A DNA stretch of 64,000 nt from Macrostomum lignano. Taxonomy: Eukaryota. Numbering within the stretch: position 1 is the first letter of the stretch; each line of letters opens with the position of its first letter. Under the pieces are notes generated by a model. That model was not told where the DNA came from. It searched no databases and saw nothing but the letters and a program-made list of their open reading frames with translations. The position numbers were made by a program, and so were the translations under genes. Below, in pieces: positions 21,906 through 34,934 of the stretch. Where the stretch lies: positions 62,001 through 126,000 of the forward strand of contig NIVC01000003.1 in NCBI GenBank assembly GCA_002269645.1, written 5' to 3'.

Positions 21906-22729
21906 ATTTAGCAATTTTAGGAAGAATAATTCTTCTTTAAAACAATCTTGACGACTTCGAATAAGTAAAGCAACTTAACTTTACAATGCGAAAAATTACC
22001 AGAGCGGTGGAGTTGGATTATAGAGATAGACTATCAGGTCAACGAGTCCTTCAAGGAGGTGGGTCGTTCTCAAAATCAGGAATTACGCGATAAAACAAGA
22101 AAAAAAATTTTCGACCCTGAACCAGCCTTTCATGCAAAACAAGCAACAGGGTAAACGTAGCTGTTGAAAGAAAAGTACTTTATTTATCATTCGAAACAGT
22201 GAAATTGGTACGGTTGTCAAAGCAACTGACTACTGAGTCATTTTATCAATTTAATATTTCCATTTCTTCGATGTAACGCTAAGACGGTGTCATGTTTTGT
22301 GAAAAAATTCAATGGGAAAGAAACATCAGAAATAAACTATTTTGCACAGGAAGGAAGAAAAGAACATTAGAATTTGCTTCTTATTAAAGAATGACTGCTT
22401 AGTGATTTGTTCCTTGACTTAAACACAATCTTTCATCACTTAAACGCATCACTGTTCTAGTTACTAGCAGTTGAATTGTACAAATATATTGCTAGTTTTT
22501 TAGGTGAAAGCAATGCATATGGCGTCTTTTGGCGTTTTTTTGTGCCTTATAATGTGATCTTTGTATTTGTGATGTTTTTATATGGATTAGTGCACCACAG
22601 TTGTTGCAATATTTTTTTATACAATTAATTGCTACTAAGACAGGCACAAGCCAATAAACGTTGGGACCACAGTTTTGCAACACTGGAATAAGATAATGAC
22701 CAAAAAAAGGAGTAAAGTGGAGAACTGGG

Positions 22730-23095
22730 TGTCTTACAGGAGCATTTTTGTGCTTTTTTAAATACATTGCCTCTGAGCCCCACAAATAAGCAGAGCATCT
22801 GAAAAACATGCACTTTTGCATGTGTCAAAACGTTGGGACTGCCATCATGGGTCACTGAAAGAACTGATTGGGCCGAATTTTTTGGAGAGTGTTAGACTAG
22901 GTGTCTTATGGGAGCATTTTTTGCATTTTTAAATACATTGCCTCTGAGCCCCACAATTAAGTAAAACATCTGAAAAAACATGCACTTTTGCATATGTCAA
23001 ACCATTGGGACTGCCATCATGGGTCACTGAAAGAACTGATTGGGCTGAATTTTTTGGAGAATGTTTTACTAGGTGTTGTGTAAGAGCATTAATTT
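22730..23095. repeat. About 170-bp direct repeat, two full copies plus a partial third
   Basis: gtgtctt..gagcatt..attgcctctgagccccaca..gggactgccatcatgggtcactgaaagaactgattggg duplicated, upstream of the transposase. Confidence 0.85.
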
Positions 23096-23605
23096 TTTAA
23101 AAGAAAATATTGCATATAAGCCACACAAAATATGTTAACAATTTAGAAACCAGGCAATACATACAAACTGTAATTTATGAGTAAGGGATTCAGTAGCATT
23201 TTAAACTTGAAATTAAAATTGATGTTTTAAATTAGATATTAGATCTCAATGACTGAAAGAATATGAATCAAGTGGCTTTATTTGTAGAAATTGGTCCATC
23301 AAAAAAAGTTTTGGCCATTTGGAAAATTTTACTTTGAAATGTACAGTTTCTTGCAAAAAATCCTGAATTTTGTGTCCCAATAAGCAAGTAGCTATTGGCA
23401 TTATTTAAATGAAAGATACAGTTTAGACTCTATGCAGATTTAGCACAAAATAGACTGCAAAATTTGGATATCATTTTTGAAGCTTTTCCACTAGGTCCTA
23501 CTGGCAGTTGAGGCATCTAATAGTGACATTGCTGGGTTTGTTGCCCCTAGTAACATCTAAGTGATTCCCAATCACATGATTGTCCAAATTAGACTGCAGC
23601 TGTAA

Positions 23606-25768
23606 TTGCTTGAAATGACTGCAAAACACAAAAATTCCCACCATCTGTTTCAAGCAATGCCGTTCAAGCCGACTGAACGACAAAAGCGGCGTGAAAAGAG
23701 GAAAAAATATATTAAAACAAATTTTGGCTCCCACAGTAGCTACCTAGAGCACATGCGGCGGCAACAGCAGAAGTATAGGGACAAAGGCAATCGCAAGGAC
23801 AAGGCAGGGTCCAGCACTTCGGCAGAGATCCCCCAGCGATCCTTGGCAAGATCGGCAGCGGCGTTCAAGCGGGAGAATGCCAAGCTAAAGGCCAGGGTGC
23901 ACCTGCTTGAGACTGCTGCCAAGCAGCGCAAGACAAGCAAAACCTGCCTGCGAGTGAAACTTCACCGCGCGAATAAGGAATTGGCGGCAAAAAGTTGCCG
24001 GCTTCAGACTTTCACCAACATAGCTAGCCATGTGAAGAGAGCGCTGCAGTCAGTCAGACGGTTCAATAACACCCGGCGAGTAATCAAGGCTGCCTGTCTA
24101 AACGCCCACGAGGCAGGACGGAAGGCCGTCATGGCCTTCTTTGGCGCCTCCGCGAAGATCTTGAAGCAGCCGAGAGCGCCGAAGATAAATCTGCTTGTGA
24201 GCGTCGTCCAGGAGTACTTTTGCCAGGACGAAAACTCGCGGGCCACCTCCTCCCGGAAGGATTGCATCTCCAAGAGATTTGGCGAGGAGAAGGAGACAAA
24301 GCAGAAGCGTTATCTCCTGAGCTCAGTCTCCCTGCTCCATGCAAAGTTCCTTTGGGAGTATCCTGGTGTGAAGATCAGCCGGGCAACATTTAACCGCTGG
24401 AAGCCATGGTATGTCAAGAGGGCTCGTCTGTGTGACCGAGACATGTGTATGTGCATAAAGTGCACTAACACGGAGTCCTTAATCAAAGGCATGCACATTG
24501 CTGGACTTCTTCACAGCCACCACATTACTAAAGTGTTGAATGAAATGGTCTGCGACATGGAATACGCTGACTGCCTGCTGCGCAAATGCGACGAGTGCCG
24601 TCGCAAGTCATTTGTAGTCACGGAGACAGCTGAGGCTGAGCCACAGGTTGTGTACCGCGTTTGGAAGCCTCGGACAGATGGACGCAGCGGCTTGGATGTG
24701 GTCAAAGAGACGGCATCATGCAAGACGGCTATCAGCATGCTGATGGTGCAACTAGTCGACTTTGCGGGCCACTTTATGCGGATGCGGAACCAGTATCGTG
24801 CAATCCGCCAGGTTAAGGATACTCTGCAGCCGGGACAGCTCCTGTTGCACATAGACTTCTCCGAAAACTATACGGCGAAGTACCACAAAGAGGTACAGGC
24901 GGCGCACTTTGGCGACAAGGATCAGGTGGTGCTTCATCAAGGCGTGGCCTACATGGCTGGACATCAACCTTGCTCATTCGCAACGGTATCAGGAGAGAGG
25001 AGTAAGACGGCGGAGGCCATCGCCGCTCATCTACAACCAGTCCTTCGCCACTTTAAGGAGAAGCACGATGTCGATAAGGACGCCTTTAGCCAACTGGACC
25101 AGATCGTCATCGTCTCTGATTCGCCATCCAGCCAGTATAGAAATCGCAAGATGGTTTTCTTATTCGACCGCCTGATGAAGATCATGAGGGTGTCAAGCTG
25201 GCGTTGGATCTACACAGAGGCCGGACACGGCAAGGGTGCTGCGGATGGAGTTGGAGCGGCTATCAAACGCCGCTGCGATGAAGTCGTGGCTAGCCGGCAG
25301 GACGTTGTAACACCTCAGGATGTTATGGAAGCCGTCAGATCGGGTAGCCCTCTGCACATACTCACATGGTTGGTTCAGCCAGAGGACATGAACTATTTCA
25401 CAAGCATCATCACCTTCGTAGGTGAGGACCTCTGCGGCATGCCAGGCTCGAAGTCGATGCACGACGTCTCAAGGACTGATGGTGGGCCGATCACTTACCG
25501 TCAGCTGTCCTGCATGTGCCCTGGTACAGCAGTAGCCTGCCCATGCCACGAGATGAAAGTGTGGGCGCCGCTGATGCTGCCGGAGGCGCCAGCTCCTGAT
25601 ACTGCAACGAGTGGACTCGGATGTGGGCGTGGAGGTGGACGTGGACGCCGAGGTGGACGAGGACGCGGAGGTGGACGCCGAGGTGGACGAGGACGCGGAG
25701 GTGGACGTGGACGTGCAAGTGGTGATGAAAAGGCGCTGCTCCCTTATGACTTTTGCAACGAACCTTAG
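23606..25768 (+). mobile_element. Intact 720-aa DDD-type DNA transposase, most like Sola (Sola2 type)
   Basis: Intronless ORF with Cys clusters (CMCIKC...C..C), DFSENY..Q..HF, SDSPSSQYRN and GHGKGAADGVG motifs, and a C-terminal CxC-CPC; TIRs not located. The ORF track start at 23606 is TTG; first ATG is at 23615. Confidence 0.7.
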
Positions 25769-25880
25769 GTAGCTCATCTCAGCTCTCTAACTATCCTATA
25801 TATCCTATATACTAAAAATGAAATCCTATCCTAATTGTACGTGCTATATACCATTAAAGTAGGGGTTGATTTGCTCACAT

Positions 25881-26849
25881 TTATATATTAAATAAAGTTA
25901 GGCGCAAGTAGTACAAGTAAGGTGAACCATTCGTATTTAAATCCGAATGCGGAACGAGGCCTCCATCGGCTGCGGCAGAGACAAGGGAGTATGGCCTCCT
26001 TGGAGTCGGCATCTCCAGCGGCGTTGAGGTGGGCGGTGCAGCAGGCTCCGCTGTTGCAGCAGGATGGACTGCGGCAGCGAGCTGTTGTATTAGCTGTTGG
26101 TTCTGCTGCATCTTCGCGGTCATCAATGCGTTGACATCGATGCCAGGAGTTGTCGGGGTGAGGGTGGCAGCAGTGACCGGCGCAGTAGGAGTAGCAGCCA
26201 GTTGTTGTGGGCCCCGGTCGGTCCCGGCGAGGTCGTAGCGGTCGTTAAAGTTGGGTGTCAAAGAGGCATCAGGACCAGTGCATGGGGGCTCCAGAACTAG
26301 TGCCAGCGGTGGCAGCAACAGCGGTCGGAGTGGGCGGCATGGTATGCGCCAGAGCAGTAGTGGTTGCAGAAGTGGAGGTGGTGTCGCCGGCATCCATCGA
26401 ACGCATAATAACCATGAATTATTTGAAGAGTTGTGAACGCTCTGCTACCAAATTTGTCGCTTGGACAACAAACTAATGAGCAGTTAGTAGATGGAGTGTA
26501 TTTCGTGGCAGTGGAAGCAAAAGGTAAAGCAGAAAGAAAGGAACATGGACGCGCCTGAGGGGAGCAAAGCTAAGAGAAACCTATAACGGAGAGGAGGTCT
26601 TGTACATAGATATAAAAGTGGTAAACGCAAAGGATGAGCTAGGTCACTATTGCTGGAATTGCTTGGCTAAACGGTAGGGATGAGGTCATAGACAATAAAT
26701 AAGGTTAGCTGCAACTAATTAATATGTTAAAGGGACTAAAAGTACATGAAAACGTAAGTCGAAGGTGAAGGCCCAAAAGAGGCGAAGTATTGGAGGATTA
26801 TAATCCGACACCCATGATGTCAAAACTCGGTCCATCACATCCTGTTACA
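25881..26849 (-). mobile_element. Truncated LTR retrotransposon: 5' LTR, PBS and frameshifted gag-like start
   Basis: LTR 26849-26455 bounded by TGT...ACA (395 bp); PBS TGGTAGCAGAGC at 26450-26439, complementary to the initiator tRNA-Met 3' end; P/A/T-rich ORF with MQQNQQLIQQL follows. Confidence 0.65.
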
Positions 26850-28725
26850 TTTCTTTAAACTAGTGTTAAATGCACACTATGTTTAAAATACTATCATTCT
26901 TCATGCACTATTTTTATTGATTCAGGGGCAGTCAAGTCCAAGCATGACTGTTTCGATAGCTTCATTATATAGTTCCTTCATGCCTACATATACAGATAAA
27001 TGTTTTTTAATCTACCCATTTCATCAAATTGTTTTCAGTTGTTTTTGTCCTGCAGTAACGTTTGTAAATCCTTTTGGATTGTAATACTTTAGCATAAACC
27101 AGTCAGTATACATGTTCTTTTTAAATTTCTTCTTGTTTAATAATATTGTATCCATTCATAGCAGACTAGAGTATATAGCTGTTTGCAAGACTACATTTCT
27201 TGCAAGAATAAAAAATATAAGACAAGAAAATGTCTTATTTATAATAAATAATTACATTTAGAGTCAAACATAGATAATTCTACAGAATATCAGGCTGCAT
27301 TCATATGTACCATATATTAAGATGTCCAAACTCCAATATTCCATGCATATTTACAGTGCAACAAAGCTTTTTGCAATCATATTTCATTTCTGTGCTTGAT
27401 TTGTTTTGTCTCTTCTTTCCAGTTTTTGCATCTTCTTGAACTTTTTGAGACTATACACAATGCACACGAATTTTCTCAGCTCTTTATATGCCATGTGTGC
27501 TATATTTAAACTGCCTTTGTAATTTCATACTTACTATAAAGCTTCTCTATTATACACTCATGCTTTAATTTTTGCTGTAGATGTATAAATATATTCTTTT
27601 TCCGTCTGAAGCAGACTTCTGAGTTAAAATATGAGTACATATAGATCTTCCTATGGATGTTTGAATCATCCAAAAGGATTATGTGATACATAAACTTTGC
27701 AATCATTCTTGTAACCACAGATATGAATTAGCGCCTAGCGGGATACTAAATTTCGCGCATAAATGCACATATCAGTCGTTCACGCTAAGAAATGTAGCTA
27801 ACAATTTTCAGATAATGTTTTGAATTACTATATTTGCGTTATCCAACGCAATGCGCATTGTAATTAATTTGTAAATAGCTAGAAAATGTCACGAACAAAG
27901 CAATGTAATACTTGAGATAGTACCCTCAGGTTGCGCGACGCACAAATTGTTCAAAGTTAAACGAATGCGTATCATAGGTATACAGTCATATTATAACAAA
28001 ATATGTTTATTTAAGGGTTCAACGCTCCGTAAACAGAAAACTAATTAAATGAAATTATTATCTATTTTAAAAGAATAAATTACTCTATAGAATTTGACGA
28101 TGATATGCTGGTGTATTTCTAGTTTTCGTGCAATAAAATAATTCCGATAATAATATTTAAACAAAGCGGCATTCCATGCTGTCCTGACATTTTGTTGTGG
28201 TTTACGACACAAAATACGTTTGTTGCATCTATAATTCGTTCTTAGGTAAAGATTGAGTCACGAATTTTTAAAGAAAAAAAACGGAAGCATAAGCAGTGCC
28301 TGATTTTGAGAACGACCCAGGTCGCACGTGCTAATTTCAACGATAATTTTGGTGCTTATAGATTGTATAAAGCAAAATTACTACCATGAATAATAACAAA
28401 AACTTTCCTAACAGTAATGATTTCGGAATATTTATACTGTTTAAAGCAATGTCGGAAAGGCTTAGGCAAAAAAAGTTAGGAATCTTGACAAAAAAAGAGC
28501 AGCGGAGTTTAAAAAAAAGCAAAATCAAATTATTATTAGACATCTATAAATTGTTTATAAACTTATAACTGCAGCCACTGTTGGTTAATCTGGTTGGAAA
28601 TATTTTTGTTATTTCTCGCAACTGATTACTTCTGAAATTTAACCTTATTCAATTTAGAAGATCAAAATTATCGCACGTGATCTGATTCTAAATTTTAGCA
28701 CACTATAATTTTGATTGATTGAGAG

Positions 28726-29178
28726 CACAGATTTCTAGAATAACTATGATATGGGCCACTCAGAAAATTTGCGTGAGAGGTACTTTCAGTTCAGTAGCAT
28801 TTTAATGTATTTTTGAAGACAAGGCCTATTTATTGGCTCTTATGTCTTGCCCCCCTAGCTTAATTAAACCCTCAAACTCGACCACACCGAACTTTTCTAC
28901 CCCCTTGCCACACGCTACCATTTTTTTCTTCCTCGGTTGTTCCAGCCTAAATCTGCCGTGTACATTTCAGTGGCTAATGTACATTATGGCTGAACCAATT
29001 AGCAAGCTGTTTACGTCTGCCAAGCTTGGCTTCTAAACTTATCAAAGTCATCCAGCCGCCTATATTTTCTTAGTATACCAAATGTAATCCTCCATTGCTA
29101 TTGAACTGAAAGTAGAAAGTGTTTTGCTAAGTATGTATTCCTGAGTGGCCCATCTAGTTATACTCTAGTATATTTGTG
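28726..29178 (+). mobile_element. MITE family A, copy 1
   Basis: TIR cacag..ctagaataact..atgggccactcag / ctgagtggcccatctagtta..tctagta..tgtg; internal sequence similar to 43643-44086. Confidence 0.75.
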
Positions 29179-30011
29179 ATTTATTGAGACGTGAAATGTT
29201 TCCATCTTGGTGGTGCATTTTCCGCTTAAGTCGTACGTACTTCAGATTAAATAAGCATCTTGCACGGTTCCATAAAATATCACAAGAAGAGACCTAAAGG
29301 ACTGAAAAGATACTTCAATATTTGTCCTAAATATTTTGAATTAATAAATTGATAAAAATTCAATATAGCTCGTACTTCAACTGGTCGTTGGCTTTTGATT
29401 GTTAAGTGAGTTCCTAATATTTAAATTTTGGTTGCGTTGATAGAAAAAAGCGTTGGTTTGATTATTTAATTCCTCAATAAATCTATGCATCATTTCATGG
29501 CGATTAATCATGCAGTCTATATAATTACGGGACGTACAGCTTAGAACAATGCATTCATTCGTCAATGCTTCAAATATTCAAATATTCAGTAAACTTATAA
29601 CTGCTTACTTAATCGGTGGAAAGTAAGTTCTGCATCTAAAAGCGCAAATACACTTGACTTACATGTAGTTGTACTTGTAACGAGCTATTATTACATGTAT
29701 CTATTACATAAAACTTAAATTTAAACAAAAAGGCCGTTTTTATGAGCTATTTCAAATTTCTTTCTCGTGATTATTTAGTCTTTCGAGCATCTACAAATTG
29801 TTACATTTATTTCTTTCAAAGGAAACGATTTACACTCCTGTTCGAAATTGTCAAGCTTGGAACTTTAATGTAAGATATCGCATATGCAAGCAACACCTGA
29901 CTACATGTAATTCTCTGATTAATAAAAACTTAGTATTTGCTGAATGGATTACGCTGCAAAGTTTTTAACGACATTGCGCAATGAGACACAAGCTCTAATA
30001 ATTAGATATAT

Positions 30012-31172
30012 TTAAATCCTCTGCTCATCCCAGTCGATGATGGTTGAGACGCCGCGCGACCGCGTGTCCATCTCTGGGCCCTCCTCGTCTGACTGGAACA
30101 CGTCCGACAGAGCGATGGAGCTCGGCCGACTGAAAGACACGCTGCCCGGCTGCGAAGCCGCCTGATCCTCCGTGGTTGTCTGGGTCGCCGTTGCCGCCGC
30201 CGTCACTGCTGTCAAAGGCAAAGCCGCCGTCGTGGAGACATCGCACACCGTCTGCACTACGGAGCTCGAGCCGGCTGACACAGCGGTGCTCCGCAGCCAG
30301 CGTGTCACGGCGTCGTCTGGAAGTTGCTGCGATTCTGCCGCAGCCGTCGCCGCGGCCTCGCAGCTGCCGTAACTGCATTCCGGGACAGCGGCGACCGAAG
30401 GCAAAGTACAAAGGCTGGAGTCCTCGGTCTGACAGCCCACTGACACTCGAGATGGCTGCATTGCAGTCAGCCTGTCGTCAGGTGGAAAATTAACTTCGCC
30501 GATCTCACTGCCGATCTCACTGCCGATCTCACTGCCGATCTCACTGCCGATCTCACTGCCGATCTCACTGCCGATCTCACTGCCGATCTCACTGCCGATC
30601 TCACTGCCGATCTCACCTCAGATCTCACTTCCGATCTCACCTCAGATCTCACTGCCGATCTCACTGCCGATCTCGCTGCAGATCTCACCTCAGATCTCAC
30701 TGCCGATCAGTCAAGGTTCAGTTTGACCTGCCTCCAATGCAGTCCACCCAATTAATAAGTCAGTGCTGCGCCGCCCTCAGCAGTGTATAGACTTTGGATA
30801 GATAGTTATTTTCCAGCCAGCCTTAACACCTTGCACATCCCTGACCCACCCAGAGCCACCCCACCGACCAGGCTGACTAGTGCAATTCCCCGGTCCACCA
30901 AACCATTCTATCATCCCGCACCCACCCTGCGAGCGAATCGTCTTCCCATTTCTCTCCCCTCATCCCCAATTTCTCCGACCGCAGCTAAAAAGTCATTCCC
31001 CAAAACTTGCCGCAGTTCCGGGCGTGAGTCACGGAGTTTCATAGCTATCCAGGGCGACCCGCTTGGTCAAGAAAATGAATCGCTTTGTGAACGATTGCTT
31101 CGGGCCGAGGATTCCAAGAATGCGCGCCCGAACTGTAATATAGCACTGCAGAGGGGCCATCAGCTCTGCCAG
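30012..31172 (-). CDS. 3' two exons of an uncharacterised protein (S/T/A-rich C-terminus); 5' exons not resolved
   Basis: Exons 31033-31172 (LAELMAPLQCYITVRARILG...) and 30012-30471 join in phase 2; GC-rich codons in the last exon. Confidence 0.5.
30500..30706. repeat. 12-bp minisatellite (ctcactgccgat)
   Basis: About 17 copies in the intron of the unknown gene. Confidence 0.95.
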
Positions 31173-32946
31173 CTAAGAGAGAAGCTGCAAGCGTGATTTA
31201 CTTGAATTGAAATGGGATATCTACTGGGGCCGTGATCTGCACTGATAACACACACCAACCAGCGGAGAGGAAAACTGGTCGAGTTATTTACGAGCTATAC
31301 TCGAGAAGCTTAGCGATTCAAATTTAAGGCCTTTTTTGGAGACTTCAGTTATCGTTCCAAACCGGATGCGCTTCACTGATTTGCCAGAGTCAAATTTTTT
31401 AATGCAAAAATAATCCTCCACCAGGAGGGCAACGGACCAAGCCACCGGAGAATTACTGCAAGAGCTTTGACATCAGCTACAGCTCGTTGTGGCTTGGTCC
31501 TTGTCGCAGGAATACTGTTGACAGAAGCGTTGACAGAAGACTACTGTTGACAGAAGGCAGTCTGTCTGAGAGGCTGCAGCTGCGGAGTTGAAATGTTCTG
31601 GGAGTCCGATAAAAACCAGGCAACTCTCATAGGAAGCAGTAAAGCTGATATGCAAGGACAACTTAACGTAACTTCAGTTGTCCTTGCTGATATGTTGCCG
31701 TGGTTTTTTCTGTTGATTTTTTTCACTGCTGCGCTTTCATTCCATCATAATTTCAAGAGTTACAGCCGGCGCTGCAGACAAACCACTCCGATTTTCACAT
31801 GATGGGCGCGTGAGCTGAAGTGTTTTTTGTTTCAACAATGCAGGTATTTTATTGTCTGTACATTTGTATTCAAGTTTGAGGTGAATTTCAGGATTGATCA
31901 GCAGAGCTCAGCCTATCGAGATATGGAAGCCAACATGGGGGGGGGGGCAGAGCAGCTCCGACTCTTGCGCCTGGGCCCCGGTGTTAGACTTTGAAATCTC
32001 CGTGCGCTTGCTGTCTCCGGCCGGAGATCGCAAGACAAATGTGAGTCTGCTTTGCGATCTGCAGTCCTTAGAGTCGTTGTCCCAAGGTTTTTTTGACTTT
32101 TTGTTCAAAAAAATCATTTTTTAATACATTATACTTCTTTTACCAGGACATCACAATCCGGATATCGCAAAGCAAACCTTAAGTTTTCGGCCGGATATTC
32201 AACCTAGCTGGTGACTTCCGGGGGGGGGAGACTGCAAGTACCCCGGAGAACGTGACTGGCATTATTGGCTTTACAATTTACAGTCAATAAAGTGGCCAGC
32301 TCAAAAATTTAATACAGGTAAAAAGTTGGAATATCTAAAATTTGCCTCAATAATAATAATTTCAGCTCCCAGAATGACCGTCTGTCTCACCTGACTTTGC
32401 CAACCCCCCCCCCCCCCCTGAATCAATCAATAAACAGAATTTAAGTAGCGTTGATGATGAATGCATTTTATGAGCCGCCTGAGCGCATATAATAATGAGA
32501 GACGCCTAACAAGAGCCGACAGCGGCTGACTTCAAGCATTAAAGCGGCACAAATTTTAATTGCCTCGGGGCTGGATCAATTTTTTTGGTCCAGATACAAG
32601 TTTATTATTTATGAGATAAACAGATATGAGCATGCATATGATTCCACTGCCAGAGCTCTACTAAAGGATAGTTGGGGGGGGGGGGGCATGGGTCCTCGGC
32701 GCTGACAAATTACGACTAAAATAGCATGGTAGTATTTCTTAGTCTGTGGTCATTGGTAACAAAAATATAGTATATTTTGCACTCCCATCTACCAGACCAC
32801 AATGTAAACAGCAATAGCTTTTACTCAAATTCAATCGTCATAAAGATAGAACACATTAAGTAACGTATAAAATAAGTAATGAGTTGTCATGGCTACTGCA
32901 AAGTTTCGATGATCAAGAAGTCCGCTATCAAACAGTTCCAAGGCAA

Positions 32947-34934
32947 TCAGTTGCAAGAGGCCTTGGACAGAAAGCGGACGACCACCCTGCCTTGATCTTC
33001 TGGATTGCCGCCGGTGACGCCATAGCAACCGTTGTTGCCATGGCAATACGAGCCGCCGCCGCCTCCCGGCTGGTGGCTGGCCAGGCCGGCGCCGCCCCCA
33101 CTGAAGCCGCCGCCGCCGCCGCTGCCTCCAAACGCGTTGCCGCCGCCGCCGCCTCCGCCGAAGCCACCGCTGCCGCCGGAGTTGAGGACGCCGGCCACTC
33201 CGCCCAGCCAGGCCTCGCCGCGACTGCCGCCGCCGTCCCCGTCGGCAACGGAGCGCCGGTTGTCCGGGGCGCGGCCGAGCCAGCCGGCGCCGGCGCCGCC
33301 GAAATAATAGACACTGGAGGCGTTGGCGACGTTCACGATGCCCGGCTGGCCGTTGGTGCCGCCGAAACCGTAATAGCGGGAGTTGCAGCCACAGGGCGTC
33401 GTGTCCGAGCCGCTGGTGCCGTTCTGGCCGGGAATGCCTGCGCAGCAGATGCAAAATAATTTTTTATCATTTCATCGCTTGGCCATTTTAGCAGTGCCCC
33501 ATCTGACTTTGCAATGCCTTAATCGTGCATTCATCAAGCTTAGCAGTCAGTCCAGCTCACCGACATCCCTGAAGGTCCCTCCGCCGCCGCCGCCAGCTAC
33601 GATCAACGGCTGGCCACCGACCTCAGTGCTGACGTACACGAAGCTGCCGCCGCCGCCGCCAGCCCCGGCTTTCTCGTGCGTCTGCGATGGGTCGCCGCCC
33701 CGCTGGCCAACCACGATGGCCAGCTGGGTGCCCGCCGTCAGGTTGAAGTTGCCCGCTATGAAGGCCCCTAGGCCGCCGGCTGTCACAGTCGGAGGCGTTG
33801 AGTTTGTCGGAGCTGAGGTACCGCCTTTGGCGCCGAAGGCCTCGATTCGATAGCAGCCGGTTAGGGAGATCGTCAGGGCCTGAATGGTGCCGTTGGGGCC
33901 TGTGCTCGAATCTACAATTAAAATCAAATCTTTGAACTTCGAAGATCATATAAAGCCACCATGCACATGTGCTTGGTCAGAAGTTTCTTTGAGCCGGTCC
34001 AATGTACGTATTGGCAGATCCTATCAAACCCCATTTGAAGGCTACGCGGAGCAGAAGATGGTTCAGAAGGCACAAAATTTCTTTAGCAAACTTGTATAGT
34101 AAATCACGAATTGATCACACGTGCACCAACCTAATACAATACGCATACCGGAAGTCTCAGAAGTGAGGATGTAGCCAGCCAATTTAGTGGCAAAAAATAC
34201 TGGACTTTTTCATGACATTTCAAGCAAAATTGGGCCCCTTTATAGCAAACTTTCATAATTTTGAAGTGTTTTTTCATTTACTGGTCCCTGCTTGGTGCAG
34301 TAAAACATCACGTTTCCATCTCACTGAATTTCACTGCATTTTAAAGCAAAATTGGGCCCTCGAAAGAAGCAAATTTTATTCCTTCACTGACTCGTTTCGT
34401 CCTTCCACTGCCAGCGGTCCCTGGATGCAGCACGGGCTAAAACGTTCGCTTACTTTTGAAGACAAAGTTTCCGTATTTCCTGTCATTAAGCAGCTTCTGC
34501 AGGTCGGACACCTTCCACACCTGATCGCCCGGCTCCGCTCCGACCAGCCGCGGCATGTGACTGTCAGGTGGACCCGCCGTCGCCGAGGCATCGTTGACGA
34601 CGGTCAGCTGGCAGAGCCCGCCCGACCGTAGCACCAGAATGGCGCAGCGCCTCAGCGCGCACATCACAAAGCAGCTGAGACGCAGGGAAGCCATCGTCTC
34701 GGCAATCACGGAGCTGACAGACTCCTCCAGCTGGATCGGTCCCGAAGACTCCATCAGCTGACCGCTCGATATCGTCAAGGTTGTCGGGGTGGCAGTCACG
34801 TCTGGATGAAGTTGCGGCTCAGTCTGTTCAGTTTTCTAAGAAAAGCTAGACTCAAGCAGTCAGTACTTACCAGTTGCTAACACATGTACAACCGCAGCAA
34901 TCCAGATGCCCAGACCGGGAATTGACAGAAGCAT
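32947..34934 (-). CDS. Secreted protein with a PAN/apple-like Cys motif and an ALK/LTK-type glycine-rich domain; no kinase or TM segment
   Basis: Exons 34871-34934 (signal peptide MLLSIPGLGIWIAAVVHVLAT), 34454-34801, 33561-33911, 32947-33437, all phase 1; motifs YRIEAFGAKGG, GGLGAFIAGNFNL..G..L.IVVGQRG, GGGGGSFV, PLIVAGGGGG and terminal GGGSY...G.V.V. Confidence 0.8.

Noticed and set aside
28337-29565. Short AT-rich ORFs, possibly transposon fragments
   Set aside because: No diagnostic motif; family cannot be supported
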